Part shown: positions 23,629 to 33,241 of the stretch, piece after piece
Numbering within the stretch: the first letter of the stretch is position 1
Layout: each line of letters opens with the position of its first letter
Sequence record: PV390659.2
Length of the DNA stretch: 64,000 nt
From: Escherichia phage vB_EcoM_P8
Direction: 5' to 3' (one strand)
Made by a program: the position numbers and the translations under genes
Notes under the pieces: generated by a model
What the model saw: only the letters and a program-made list of their open reading frames with translations
Told to the model about the DNA's origin: nothing
Databases searched by the model: none

Positions 23629-24026
23629 TTTATTGGAGATTCACTGCCCTAGTGTGAGCTAAAATCGAGGAGCCGTCGAACTGTCTGATTAATGATTTGC
23701 GAATAATTATAGTTTTAAGACCCCGACAGTTTTACGGTGTACCTCTTGAATGTTATTCTTATAGCGGCAAGTGCATGCTACCCCGAGGTGATGGCCAATC
23801 GGGAGTACGCCTCAAGGCCTATATATCCATCAGTATATATCTTATCCTCGAGAAATCGAACCCGGAACCTTTAAGCTAACGGTGTGCAACAGATAAGAGC
23901 TATAAGGTATGATGACGGGTTTATGGTTATCCTGGTCGTTAAATATTCAAAAACCTATGTTCCCCTTGAGGGCTTGCGCAGGCAATGCCAATAAGTCCTG
24001 CATTTTCATTTAAAAGAGAATTTATA

Positions 24027-24203
24027 ATGGCAAAACAAGCTAAAGCAAAGAAAGCAGTTGAAAAGAAAGTTGGTGATTCTAAACGCGCTGGTTACAAGCG
24101 TGGGTCGAACTCTCGTATCAATCAAACTGTTGAGAAGATCATGCGCCGAGCACGTGCGGTTCTTCGAGATGATGCTTCTCGTTTTGGTAAGCAGAAAGCA
24201 TAA
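24027..24203 (+). CDS. Hypothetical small basic protein (30.9-like position)
   Basis: 58 aa from MAKQAKAKKAVEKK...; followed by a strong terminator. Confidence 0.45.
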   Translation: MAKQAKAKKAVEKKVGDSKRAGYKRGSNSRINQTVEKIMRRARAVLRDDASRFGKQKA

Positions 24204-24208
24204 GTTGA

Positions 24209-24236
24209 GGACTCCTTCGGGAGTCCTTTTTTATTT
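24209..24236 (+). terminator. Intrinsic terminator
   Basis: GGACTCC-TTCG-GGAGTCC (UUCG tetraloop) followed by TTTTTTATTTT. Confidence 0.65.
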
Positions 24237-24256
24237 TCCAAAGATTACACAAAGTT

Positions 24257-24306
24257 GTTTACAGTATAGTTCCTTTGTGATAGTATTATCTCATACAAAC
24301 AAAGGA
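24257..24306 (+). promoter_or_regulatory. Early promoter with inverted repeat reaching the downstream SD
   Basis: GTTTAC 24257-24262; A/T-rich -10 region; arms TCCTTTGT (24271-24278) / ACAAAGGA (24299-24306), the 3' arm overlapping SD AAGGAG. Confidence 0.45.
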
Positions 24307-24313
24307 GAATAAA

Positions 24314-24646
24314 ATGAAAACGATTAATCTGAACGCTACAGTTAAAACTAAATGCTTCAACGGTAAATATGATGAAACTATGTGGTTCTTAATGGCAGTT
24401 GAAGGTGATATTATTGAAGTAGAAACAACAGAAGGTATGGGAACAGATTTCACCTTTACAATTCAAGTTCATAATTTCTTTACTGGTTGGATTTATGAAT
24501 TGAATACAGTAATCGTTGGAAAAATTGAACAAAATGAATTAGGTGAATGGTATTATGTTACAGCTCGCCAACGTGCCGAACGCTTAATTGAGAAGATGAA
24601 AAAAGTTGGTAAACTTGACATGCAGCACTGGAAAGTAGTAAAATAA
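24314..24646 (+). CDS. Hypothetical protein
   Basis: 110-aa ORF with SD AAGGAG and early promoter upstream. Confidence 0.5.
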   Translation: MKTINLNATVKTKCFNGKYDETMWFLMAVEGDIIEVETTEGMGTDFTFTIQVHNFFTGWIYELNTVIVGKIEQNELGEWYYVTARQRAERLIEKMKKVGKLDMQHWKVVK

Positions 24647-24648
24647 TT

Positions 24649-24688
24649 GTTTACTTTGGTACAGGATATGATATTATATACCTGTACC
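24649..24688 (+). promoter_or_regulatory. Early promoter with 8-bp inverted repeat around the -10
   Basis: GTTTAC 24649-24654; TATTAT 24673-24678; arms GGTACAGG (24658-24665) / CCTGTACC (24681-24688). Confidence 0.5.
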
Positions 24689-24714
24689 GCAATTAAACAT
24701 CTCGGAGAATAAAA

Positions 24715-25080
24715 ATGAATTACATCAACTTTGAACGTAAATATGTTTCTAACGGTATTGCAGGTTCTATTGATACTATCTGCCTTTGGAAACATCAAAA
24801 TGGATCAGTATGCGAAATTGAACAGTATATGACTCCTAACTACGTTTATATGCGATTTGAAAATGGCATCACGGTTTCAATCACGAAAGAAGGTTCTTCT
24901 TTTAAAATCGCATTGGATGATGATTTTCGTCAACGCGATTTAGGGACTCATCCTTGCTGGAATGGCGTTAATCGCAAGCTTCTGGTTAAAACTTGGATTC
25001 GTCATATTCTGAGTAACAGAGCTAAACCTGAGCATCTTGAAGCAATCTTTGATGTAGTTCTTAACGAATTTGATATTTAA
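24715..25080 (+). CDS. Hypothetical protein
   Basis: 121-aa ORF with SD GGAGAA and early promoter upstream. Confidence 0.5.
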   Translation: MNYINFERKYVSNGIAGSIDTICLWKHQNGSVCEIEQYMTPNYVYMRFENGITVSITKEGSSFKIALDDDFRQRDLGTHPCWNGVNRKLLVKTWIRHILSNRAKPEHLEAIFDVVLNEFDI

Positions 25081-25090
25081 AATAAAATGA

Positions 25091-25104
25091 GGGGCTTCGG
25101 CCCC
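25091..25104 (+). terminator. Stable UUCG hairpin (weak terminator or RNA stability element)
   Basis: GGGGC-TTCG-GCCCC; downstream run is not U-rich. Confidence 0.35.
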
Positions 25105-25121
25105 TTACTGAGGAAAATACT

Positions 25122-25409
25122 ATGTTTATGACTACTTATTTTGATACCCGCAAAAATTTCTGTGAAGTGGTTTTCTCTAAGGCACCTAAAGACCTTCCTG
25201 CTCATTTGCAGCCTACTAGTGAATCGATTAAAAACTATGTTAATGTAGTCTGCCCTTTAGAGTTCCGTACTGTAAATGGCCGCGATACTTTAGCTATCAC
25301 TAAACTTAATCGTGAAATTGACATTGACCCTTCAATTGCGCGTGAAATTAACATTTCTGATATTGGCGGCGGTAATGTTAAATCGCATGGTTTTCAGATG
25401 AGGTTCTAA
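25122..25409 (+). CDS. Hypothetical protein
   Basis: 95-aa ORF. Confidence 0.45.
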   Translation: MFMTTYFDTRKNFCEVVFSKAPKDLPAHLQPTSESIKNYVNVVCPLEFRTVNGRDTLAITKLNREIDIDPSIAREINISDIGGGNVKSHGFQMRF

Positions 25410-25606
25410 TGAAATTCTTTTTAGGTCAAACTGTTGAATTAAAGGGAGTTGGTATACCTGGATTAATTTCTAAGGTTCTACCTCCATTTAAATGGAGTGG
25501 TATTCAAATAAAAGAGGCTTATATTGTTTCCTGGGTAGATGGAAATGAAGACCTTCGTATGGGTGATGAATTATCTCCTATTTACGGATTAAAGGAATTA
25601 GTATGA
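25409..25606 (+). CDS. Hypothetical protein
   Basis: 65-aa ORF; overlapping start/stop with neighbours. Confidence 0.4.
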   Translation: MKFFLGQTVELKGVGIPGLISKVLPPFKWSGIQIKEAYIVSWVDGNEDLRMGDELSPIYGLKELV

Positions 25607-25809
25607 ATATAATTAATAAGATTTTTGGAATTCAGTACATTAAGGTCACATATAAAGTAACGTATAAAGGTCCGTATACCGATGAATATGAAGAGCCGCA
25701 AGTTCAGTCTATTATATTAGAAAAGGACCCTAACTGGCCAGTTGAATTTCGTCTTCCTTGCTATGGTCATTGGGCTGATGTTGAAATTATAAGTATTGAA
25801 AATGTCTGA
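25603..25809 (+). CDS. Hypothetical protein
   Basis: 68-aa ORF. Confidence 0.4.
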   Translation: MNIINKIFGIQYIKVTYKVTYKGPYTDEYEEPQVQSIILEKDPNWPVEFRLPCYGHWADVEIISIENV

Positions 25810-26260
25810 GTTAGAGATAAGAAGCAATTTTAGATGGCCATCATGCGCATTAAGTAATTTCGCCCAATGGCCTTTCGTTATGGATGGTATTCAATTTGGA
25901 GGTCTCGAAGGATTCCTCCAAGGATGCAAGGTGAAAAATGTTGAACAACAGCGTCGTATATTTGGGTTATCCGGGCTTGCCGCCCAACAAGCTGGAAGGT
26001 CTTATGCTAGAGCTCAGGACCGTGGCACGTTGTTCTGGCTTGGAACTCCGTTTTCAAGATATTCCGAAGCATGGAAAGAATTATACACAAATGCATATTT
26101 TGAAGCAGCGATCCAAAACAGGGGCTTTCGCGATGCATTACAAGCCTCGAAAGGAAAAGTTTTGAAGCACAGCATGGCTAGTGGTCTAACAAAAGATGAT
26201 ACAATACTAACCGAAGCTGAATTTATTGATGTGTTAAATCTATTAAGAGACTCTCTATGA
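25796..26260 (+). CDS. Hypothetical protein (30.3-like position; possible NADAR/YbiA-like fold, unverified)
   Basis: 154-aa ORF; family suggestion is from memory of T4 30.3 annotation, not confirmed here. Confidence 0.4.
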   Translation: MKMSELEIRSNFRWPSCALSNFAQWPFVMDGIQFGGLEGFLQGCKVKNVEQQRRIFGLSGLAAQQAGRSYARAQDRGTLFWLGTPFSRYSEAWKELYTNAYFEAAIQNRGFRDALQASKGKVLKHSMASGLTKDDTILTEAEFIDVLNLLRDSL

Positions 26261-27120
26261 AGCCTACTATTTTGACTGATATTGATGGAGTATGTTTAAG
26301 CTGGCAATCAGGCCTTCCTTATTTTGCTCAGAAATATAATCTTCCGTTAGAACATATTTTAAAAATGATCCAAGATGAGAAATTTATTTCTCCGGGTAAA
26401 CTCTTTAATTGTGATGAAGAACTTGGTGTCAAGTTAATTGAAAAATACAATCGTTCAGATTTTATTCGTTACTTGTCTCCGTATAAAGATGCTCTGTGTG
26501 TAATTAACAAATTAAAAGAAGATTATAATTTTGTAGCTGTTACAGCATTGGGTGATTCTATTGACGCTCTGTTGAATCGTCAATTTAATTTGAATGCTCT
26601 TTTTCCTGGTGCCTTCTCAGAAGTAATGATGTGTGGTCATGATTCTTCAAAAGAAGAGTTGTTCAAAAAGGCAAAAGAGAAATATAACGTAATTTGTTAC
26701 ATTGACGATCTCGCTCACCATTGCGATCATGCGAGTGAAATATTAAATGTTCCTGTTTATTGGATGGCGCGAGGAGAGCGTGACAATATTCCAAAAACTG
26801 CGCAGCGAGTTTATACATGGAATGATGTAGAAAATAAGCTTTTTTCGCCGAAGGAAAATAAAGAAAGTTTTGATAGTGAAAAAGCTATAAAAGATGTAAT
26901 TGAGAAGATGGTTAAAAACGATTCTTTTCGTTGGAACACTACCTGGAGAACTCCTGGATTTAATCCGTATAACCCATATTATACACATCCATATAATCCA
27001 TATTATACACACCCGTATCATATGAATCCATTCCATACGTGGAGTTATACTAAGCCTGGTGATGCAGGGTATTTTAATAGATTTACTAGTGGTGATAATA
27101 TTTTCCAAGGAGCATTCTAA
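26257..27120 (+). CDS. HAD-like hydrolase with C-terminal Pro/Tyr-rich repeat (30.2-like)
   Basis: 287 aa; N-terminal DIDGV motif; C-terminal NPYNPYYTHPYNPYYTHPYHMNPFH repeat. Confidence 0.5.
   Translation: MKPTILTDIDGVCLSWQSGLPYFAQKYNLPLEHILKMIQDEKFISPGKLFNCDEELGVKLIEKYNRSDFIRYLSPYKDALCVINKLKEDYNFVAVTALGDSIDALLNRQFNLNALFPGAFSEVMMCGHDSSKEELFKKAKEKYNVICYIDDLAHHCDHASEILNVPVYWMARGERDNIPKTAQRVYTWNDVENKLFSPKENKESFDSEKAIKDVIEKMVKNDSFRWNTTWRTPGFNPYNPYYTHPYNPYYTHPYHMNPFHTWSYTKPGDAGYFNRFTSGDNIFQGAF
26962..27035 (+). repeat. In-frame tandem repeat (24-bp period) in the 3' end of the HAD-like gene
   Basis: CCATATTATACACA occurs at 26974-26987 and 26998-27011, encoding NPYYTHPY units. Confidence 0.6.
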
Positions 27121-27389
27121 TGTTTGTCGTTCACACTATTTATGAAAATGAAGGTAATACTACACGTGATTACGGTCACGTAAATCAATTTTTTAGATGC
27201 AATCCAGAATTCCGAGCTCAAAAAGACGAACGAATTTTTAAAAAATGTGTAGAGCAAGGTTTCATTTACGTCAAGCACTGGATGCAAGGAAATAAAGTTA
27301 GAACTACATATCATAAGTCTTTGCCTGAGCTTAATGATGAATTGATTTATAATAGAGCTGTAAACCAAACTTTGAAGGATGAGCAATGA
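27120..27389 (+). CDS. Hypothetical protein (30.1-like)
   Basis: 89-aa ORF directly upstream of DNA ligase. Confidence 0.45.
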   Translation: MFVVHTIYENEGNTTRDYGHVNQFFRCNPEFRAQKDERIFKKCVEQGFIYVKHWMQGNKVRTTYHKSLPELNDELIYNRAVNQTLKDEQ

Positions 27390-28849
27390 TTCTTAAAATT
27401 CTGAATGAAATAGCATCTATTGGATCAACTAAGCAGAAGCAAGCAATTCTTGAAAAGAATAAAGATAATGAATTGCTTAAACGGGTATATCGTCTGACTT
27501 ATTCTCGTGGGTTACAGTATTATATCAAGAAATGGCCTAAACCTGGTATTGCTACCCAGAGTTTTGGAATGCTGACTATTACCGATATGCTTGACTTCAT
27601 TGAATTCACGTTAGCTACTCGGAAATTGACCGGAAATGCTGCAATTGAGGAATTGACTGGATATATCACCGATGGTAAAAAGGATGATGTTGAAGTTTTG
27701 CGTCGAGTGATGATGCGAGACCTTGAATGCGGTGCTTCAGTATCTATTGCAAACAAAGTTTGGCCAGGTTTAATTCCTGAACAACCTCAAATGCTGGCAA
27801 GTTCTTATGATGAAAAGGGCATTAGTAAGAATATCAAGTTTCCAGCTTTTGCACAGTTAAAAGCAGATGGAGCTCGGTGTTTTGCTGAAGTCCGAGGTGA
27901 TGAATTAGATGATGTTCGTCTTTTATCACGAGCTGGTAATGAATATCTAGGATTAGATCTTCTTAAGGAAGAGTTAATCAAAATGACTGCTGAAGCCCGC
28001 CAGATTCATCCAGAAGGTGTGTTAATTGATGGCGAATTGGTATACCATGAGCAAGTTAAAAAGGAACCAGAAGGCCTAGATTTTCTTTTTGATGCTTATC
28101 CTGAAATTAGTAAAGCTAAAGAATTCGCCGAAGTAGCGGAATCTCGTACTGCTTCTAATGGAATCGCCAATAAATCCTTAAAAGGAACCATTTCTGAAAA
28201 AGAAGCTCAATGCATGAAGTTTCAGGTCTGGGATTATGTCCCGTTGATAGAAATATACGGTCTTCCGGCGTTTCGTTTAAAATATGATGTACGTTTTTCT
28301 AAACTAGAACAAATGACATCAGGATATGATAAAGTAATTTTAATTGAAAACCAGGTAGTAAATAACCTAGATGAAGCTAAGGTAATTTATAAAAAGTATA
28401 TTGACCAAGGTCTTGAAGGTATTATTCTCAAAAATACCGATGGATTGTGGGAAAATGCTCGTTCAAAAAATCTCTATAAATTTAAAGAAGTAATTGATGT
28501 TGATTTAAAAATTGTAGGAATTTATCCTCACCGTAAAGACCCTACTAAAGCAGGTGGATTTATTCTTGAATCAGAGTGTGGAAAAATTAAAGTAAATGCT
28601 GGTTCAGGCTTAAAAGATAAAGCCGGTGTAAAATCACATGAACTTGACCGTACTCGCATTATGGAAAACCAAAATTATTATATTGGAAAAATTCTAGAGT
28701 GCGAATGCAACGGTTGGCTAAAATCTGATGGCCGCACTGATTACGTTAAATTATTTCTTCCGATTGCGATTCGTTTACGTGAAGATAAAACTAAAGCTAA
28801 TACATTCGAGGATGTATTTGGTGATTTTCATGAGGTAACTGGTCTATGA
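27386..28849 (+). CDS. 30: ATP-dependent DNA ligase
   Basis: 487 aa (T4 ligase length); adenylation lysine motif (AQLKADGAR). Confidence 0.9.
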   Translation: MILKILNEIASIGSTKQKQAILEKNKDNELLKRVYRLTYSRGLQYYIKKWPKPGIATQSFGMLTITDMLDFIEFTLATRKLTGNAAIEELTGYITDGKKDDVEVLRRVMMRDLECGASVSIANKVWPGLIPEQPQMLASSYDEKGISKNIKFPAFAQLKADGARCFAEVRGDELDDVRLLSRAGNEYLGLDLLKEELIKMTAEARQIHPEGVLIDGELVYHEQVKKEPEGLDFLFDAYPEISKAKEFAEVAESRTASNGIANKSLKGTISEKEAQCMKFQVWDYVPLIEIYGLPAFRLKYDVRFSKLEQMTSGYDKVILIENQVVNNLDEAKVIYKKYIDQGLEGIILKNTDGLWENARSKNLYKFKEVIDVDLKIVGIYPHRKDPTKAGGFILESECGKIKVNAGSGLKDKAGVKSHELDRTRIMENQNYYIGKILECECNGWLKSDGRTDYVKLFLPIAIRLREDKTKANTFEDVFGDFHEVTGL

Positions 28850-29034
28850 AAGCTTACTTAGAAACAATTGTCGTTGCTCAAAAAGAAGGTGGAGATGTTT
28901 CTACTTCTGTATCACAAATTATGATTGAATTTATAGATGCATATGCTTATAATAAATTCACAGAAACATTTGATGCCTATGAAAAAGGTCCAAAGTTTGA
29001 AATATACCGTACTCTCTTACCAATAGATTATTAA
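28846..29034 (+). CDS. Hypothetical small protein
   Basis: 62-aa ORF overlapping ligase stop; followed by a hairpin. Confidence 0.4.
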   Translation: MKAYLETIVVAQKEGGDVSTSVSQIMIEFIDAYAYNKFTETFDAYEKGPKFEIYRTLLPIDY

Positions 29035-29055
29035 AGGCCTTCGGGCCTTTAATTT
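29035..29055 (+). terminator. Hairpin upstream of alt late promoter
   Basis: AGGCC-TTCG-GGCCT followed by TTAATTTT. Confidence 0.4.
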
Positions 29056-29063
29056 TATAAATA
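29056..29063 (+). promoter_or_regulatory. Late promoter (TATAAATA) upstream of alt
   Basis: TATAAATA ~24 nt upstream of the alt ATG; Alt is a virion protein. Confidence 0.5.
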
Positions 29064-29086
29064 GAATAAACACTAGAGAGGCTATG

Positions 29087-31180
29087 ATGGAACTTATTAC
29101 AGAATTATTTGACGAAGATACTACTCTTCCAATTACAAACTTAAATCCAAAGAAGAAAATACCGCAAATTTTTTCAGTTCATGTTGATGACGCAATTGAA
29201 CAACCAGGCTTTCGTTTATGTACCTATACATCTGGAGGTGATACTAATCGCGATTTAAAAATGGGCGATAAAATGATGCATATTGTTCCTTTTACATTAA
29301 CTGCTAAAGGTTCAATTGCTAAATTAAAAGGTCTCGGTCCAAGCCCAATTAATTACATTAATTCAGTTTTTACTGTTGCAATGCAGACGATGCGTCAGTA
29401 TAAAATTGATGCCTGCATGCTCCGTATTCTTAAGTCTAAAACTGCTGGTCAAGCTCGACAAATTCAAGTTATTGCTGATAGACTTATCCGTAGTCGTTCG
29501 GGTGGCAGATACGTCCTTCTTAAAGAACTCTGGGATTACGATAAAAAGTATGCATATATTCTTATACATCGCAAAAATGTATCACTAGAAGACATTCCAG
29601 GAGTTCCGGAAATTAGTACCGAGCTCTTTACTAAAGTTGAATCGAAAGTCGGCGATGTTTATATCAATAAAGATACTGGAGCTCAAGTAACTAAAAATGA
29701 GGCAATTGCAGCATCTATTGCACAAGAAAATGATAAACGTTCTGACCAAGCTGTTATTGTTAAAGTTAAAATTTCCCGTAGAGCAATTGCGCAAAGTCAA
29801 TCATTAGAATCTTCTAGATTTGAAAGCGAATTATTCCAGAAGTATGAATCTACTGCAGCTAATTTCAATAAACCTGCTACAGCTCCTTTAATTCCCGAAG
29901 CAGAAGAAATGAAGCTTGGAATTAATTCATTAGCTTCTAAAACTAAGGCAGCAAAAATTATTGCCGAAGGAACCGCAGATGAACTTCATTATGACTATAA
30001 ATTCTTTTCAAAAAGTGAGGTTAATGAAGTTTCTGAAAAAATTAAAGATGTAATTCTTAATGCGATTAAAAATGAACCGACTACTTCAATAAAATGTTTA
30101 GAGAAATACGCAGCAGCTGTTAATCAATTATTTGAAGAATATAAAGATAATTGGCTTGATAAACATAATAAAACCCGTAAAGGACAGCCAGATGAAGTCT
30201 GGGAAGAAATGACTAAAAATTCCTGGAACGCAGCAAAAACTAAATTCCTCAAAAGAATGATTTACAGCTTTTCTGGAATTGGTGCAGGTCCAATGATTGA
30301 TATTACTATTGCCCGTGATGGTTCTAAATATACTCCATCACAAAAGCGCGGCATTAGAGAGTATTGTGGTTCAGGATATACTGACATCAATAATCTTCTT
30401 TTGGGTCGTTACAATCCAGAACGATATGATGTAATGAGTGAAAAAGAAATTGAATCTGCTATAAATAACTTAGATTCAGCTTTTGAAAACGGTGACCGTA
30501 TACCAGAAGGCATTACAGTTTATCGTGCTCAAAGCATGACTGCTCCTATATACGAAGCACTAGTTAAAAATAAAGTGTTCTATTTCAGAAATTTTGTATC
30601 TACTTCTTTAACTCCTATCATTTTTGGACGTTTTGGAATTACACATGCTGGTATTGGTCTTTTAGAACCAGAAGCTCGTAACGAATTGACAGTTGATAAA
30701 AATGAAGAAGGAATAACTATTAATCCAAACGAAATAAGAGCGTATAAAGAAAATCCTGAATACGTTAAAGTTCAAATAGGATGGGCAATTGATGGAGCTC
30801 ATAAAGTTAATGTTGTATATCCAGGAAGTCTCGGAATAGCAACAGAAGCTGAAGTAATTCTACCACGCGGATTGATGGTCAAAGTTAATAAAATAACTGA
30901 TGCTTCTAATAATGATGGAACAACATCTAATAATACAAAACTCATTCAAGCTGAAGTTATGACTACGGAAGAACTCACCGAATCAGTCATTTATGACGGT
31001 GACCGTCTAATGGAAACTGGTGAAGTAGTTGCAATGACAGGTGATATTGAAATAGAAGACAGAGTTGACTTTGCATCATTTGTTTCATCAAATGTTAAAC
31101 AAAAAGTAGAATCATCTCTTGGAATTATTGCATCTTGCATAGATATTGCAAACATGCCTTACAAGTTCGTTCAAGGATAA
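29087..31180 (+). CDS. alt: ADP-ribosyltransferase Alt (virion-packaged)
   Basis: 697 aa from MELITELFD...; ART-type motifs (YRAQ, NFVSTSLT, EAEVILPRG); late-type TATAAATA upstream. Confidence 0.8.
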   Translation: MELITELFDEDTTLPITNLNPKKKIPQIFSVHVDDAIEQPGFRLCTYTSGGDTNRDLKMGDKMMHIVPFTLTAKGSIAKLKGLGPSPINYINSVFTVAMQTMRQYKIDACMLRILKSKTAGQARQIQVIADRLIRSRSGGRYVLLKELWDYDKKYAYILIHRKNVSLEDIPGVPEISTELFTKVESKVGDVYINKDTGAQVTKNEAIAASIAQENDKRSDQAVIVKVKISRRAIAQSQSLESSRFESELFQKYESTAANFNKPATAPLIPEAEEMKLGINSLASKTKAAKIIAEGTADELHYDYKFFSKSEVNEVSEKIKDVILNAIKNEPTTSIKCLEKYAAAVNQLFEEYKDNWLDKHNKTRKGQPDEVWEEMTKNSWNAAKTKFLKRMIYSFSGIGAGPMIDITIARDGSKYTPSQKRGIREYCGSGYTDINNLLLGRYNPERYDVMSEKEIESAINNLDSAFENGDRIPEGITVYRAQSMTAPIYEALVKNKVFYFRNFVSTSLTPIIFGRFGITHAGIGLLEPEARNELTVDKNEEGITINPNEIRAYKENPEYVKVQIGWAIDGAHKVNVVYPGSLGIATEAEVILPRGLMVKVNKITDASNNDGTTSNNTKLIQAEVMTTEELTESVIYDGDRLMETGEVVAMTGDIEIEDRVDFASFVSSNVKQKVESSLGIIASCIDIANMPYKFVQG

Positions 31181-31183
31181 ATC

Positions 31184-33241
31184 ATGGAACTTATTACAGA
31201 ATTATTTGACGGCGCTTCGGCGCCGGTTGTTAACTTAAATCCCAAGCATAAAATACCTCAAATTTTTGCTATTCAAGCCGGTGAAGAAAGCGTGCTTCCT
31301 GGATTTAGATTTTGTACATACACCTCTGGCGGTGATACAAATAAAAACGTTAAGCCAGGCGATAAAATGATGCATATCGTAATGATAGGTGTCAATGAAA
31401 AGCTATCATTAGTTAAACTTAAAAACTTAGGTGGAAATCCAATTGGTGTCATTAATGCGGTTTTTGATACTGCTCTTCAAACAATGAAACAGTATAAAAT
31501 TGACGCATGCCTGTTCCGCGTACTAAAGAGTAAAACAAACGGTGCAGCTCGTCAAATGCAAGTTATTGCCGACCGTTTAGTACGTACCAAAGGAGCAGGT
31601 CGATATGTTCTTTTAAAGGAAATCTGGGACTATGATAAAAAGTATGCATATATTATGGTTTACCGTAAAAATGCTAATTTAGAAGACATTCCAGGTGTAC
31701 CTCCTATTTCAACTGAGTTATTCACAAAAGTTGAATCAAAGGTTGGTGATGTTTATGTAGACGTTAAAACAGGTAATGCTGTTCATAAAGCTGTCGCTGT
31801 TGCTGCTTCTATTGCCTTAGAAAATGATAAGCGCACGGATCAAGCTGTTATTCAGAAAACTAAAATTAGTCGTCGATTAGCAGCACAAGCTCAATACTCT
31901 ACTGTCGATGCTTCACTTCAGGGTGATAGCTTCGCTGCTAAGAAATATCAAGAGTTTGAATCTAAAGTTCCGGTATATAAAGCAGAAGGACCAATGAACT
32001 CCGGCGTTATTCAGGTTGGTTCAAACTTCAGCAAAGGAGCTATCGGTGGTATGAGAAGTGCTTCTCGTTTTAAATCTAATGATTATGAACTAGAAAGCTT
32101 CCGAAATCATATTGCATTGGCTCATGCACGTTTACGTGATCCATCTATCAAGCTGCAGAGCGATATAACATATCAAGGTTCTCAAGAATATTTAAAGAAT
32201 AAAGAATTTTTTGATTATAAAACTGATAAAATTTTAAGCGATCTCGCTGACATTAATATTTCTAATAGCTTTGATGTTATTAAGAAAATTATCAATGATT
32301 TAGTTAAAGGTTCTAAAGCCACGCCAGACGAAAAGGTAGCTATTGTTCAATTTGTCATGAATGGCATTTATAAATTGATTAATGAGTCTGCTTCTCAAGC
32401 GTATGAATATGCAAGTACTGAAGTACCCCCAAAAGGATTAACTCAGGCTGAGTCTGATGTAATTGAAGATTATTGCGCGGATTCATATGTTGAAATGAAC
32501 TCGTTCCTTTTAGGTAAACCGGATTCTACTCGTGAAGAATATATGGAACGAGCTATTAAACACATCGAGACGATGGATTCTGCTTTTGCCAAAGGATCAG
32601 TTCTTCCTCCAGGAACTACGCTTTACCGTGGCCAAGAAGTTACCTTTAAAACTTTACGTCATAATATTGAAAATAAAATGTTCTATTTTAAGAACTTCGT
32701 ATCCACATCGCTTAAACCAAATATCTTCGGTGAGTATGGTAAAAACTATATGGCTCTAGATGATTCCAGCGCAGTATTTTCTGGTGAAGGAGAAGGTTCT
32801 GTTGACGCAGAAGATTTGATGCATATGGGCAGTCACTCTGCTTATGCGAATGAAGATGCTGAAACTAGCGTAGGTATGGTAATAAAAGGAGCTGAGCGAA
32901 TCAAAGTTATCGTTCCGGGTCATTTATCAGGATTTCCGTCAGAAGCTGAAGTTATTTTACCACGTGGAATTTTGCTGAAGATTAATAAAGTGAGCACGTA
33001 CATGATGAAAGAAACTGCTTATAACAAGTATTTAATCGAAGGTACAATCGTTCCTCCTTCTGAACAATTAGAAGAATCGGTATATGATGGCGATCATCTG
33101 ATGGAAACTGGTGAAGTTCGTCCAATGGCTGGATTTAATCAATTCCTTGTAGAAGAATCAAAAGAAGAGGAAAACGAAGTTTCTCAAATCTTGGCTTCTT
33201 TGGTTAACATCAACGGAATGTCTAAAAAGTTCAAGATGTAG
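31184..33241 (+). CDS. Alt-like ADP-ribosyltransferase paralogue
   Basis: 685 aa; N-terminus MELITELFD... and C-terminal catalytic region (YRGQ, NFVSTSLK, EAEVILPRG) align with the upstream alt; central region diverged. Confidence 0.75.
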   Translation: MELITELFDGASAPVVNLNPKHKIPQIFAIQAGEESVLPGFRFCTYTSGGDTNKNVKPGDKMMHIVMIGVNEKLSLVKLKNLGGNPIGVINAVFDTALQTMKQYKIDACLFRVLKSKTNGAARQMQVIADRLVRTKGAGRYVLLKEIWDYDKKYAYIMVYRKNANLEDIPGVPPISTELFTKVESKVGDVYVDVKTGNAVHKAVAVAASIALENDKRTDQAVIQKTKISRRLAAQAQYSTVDASLQGDSFAAKKYQEFESKVPVYKAEGPMNSGVIQVGSNFSKGAIGGMRSASRFKSNDYELESFRNHIALAHARLRDPSIKLQSDITYQGSQEYLKNKEFFDYKTDKILSDLADINISNSFDVIKKIINDLVKGSKATPDEKVAIVQFVMNGIYKLINESASQAYEYASTEVPPKGLTQAESDVIEDYCADSYVEMNSFLLGKPDSTREEYMERAIKHIETMDSAFAKGSVLPPGTTLYRGQEVTFKTLRHNIENKMFYFKNFVSTSLKPNIFGEYGKNYMALDDSSAVFSGEGEGSVDAEDLMHMGSHSAYANEDAETSVGMVIKGAERIKVIVPGHLSGFPSEAEVILPRGILLKINKVSTYMMKETAYNKYLIEGTIVPPSEQLEESVYDGDHLMETGEVRPMAGFNQFLVEESKEEENEVSQILASLVNINGMSKKFKM

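Noticed and set aside
23697-23879. 60-aa ORF inside the non-coding island after rIII.
   Set aside because: No SD, odd composition and no coupling to neighbours; more likely chance ORF in a structured or non-coding region.
23845-23905. tRNA-like T-loop signature on the - strand (GGTTCCGGGTTCGATTTCTCG) with a possible 7-bp acceptor pairing (CTTATCT/GGATAAG).
   Set aside because: The candidate spans only ~57 nt, the T-stem has a mismatch and two wobbles, and there is no D-arm or anticodon arm; at most a degenerate remnant.
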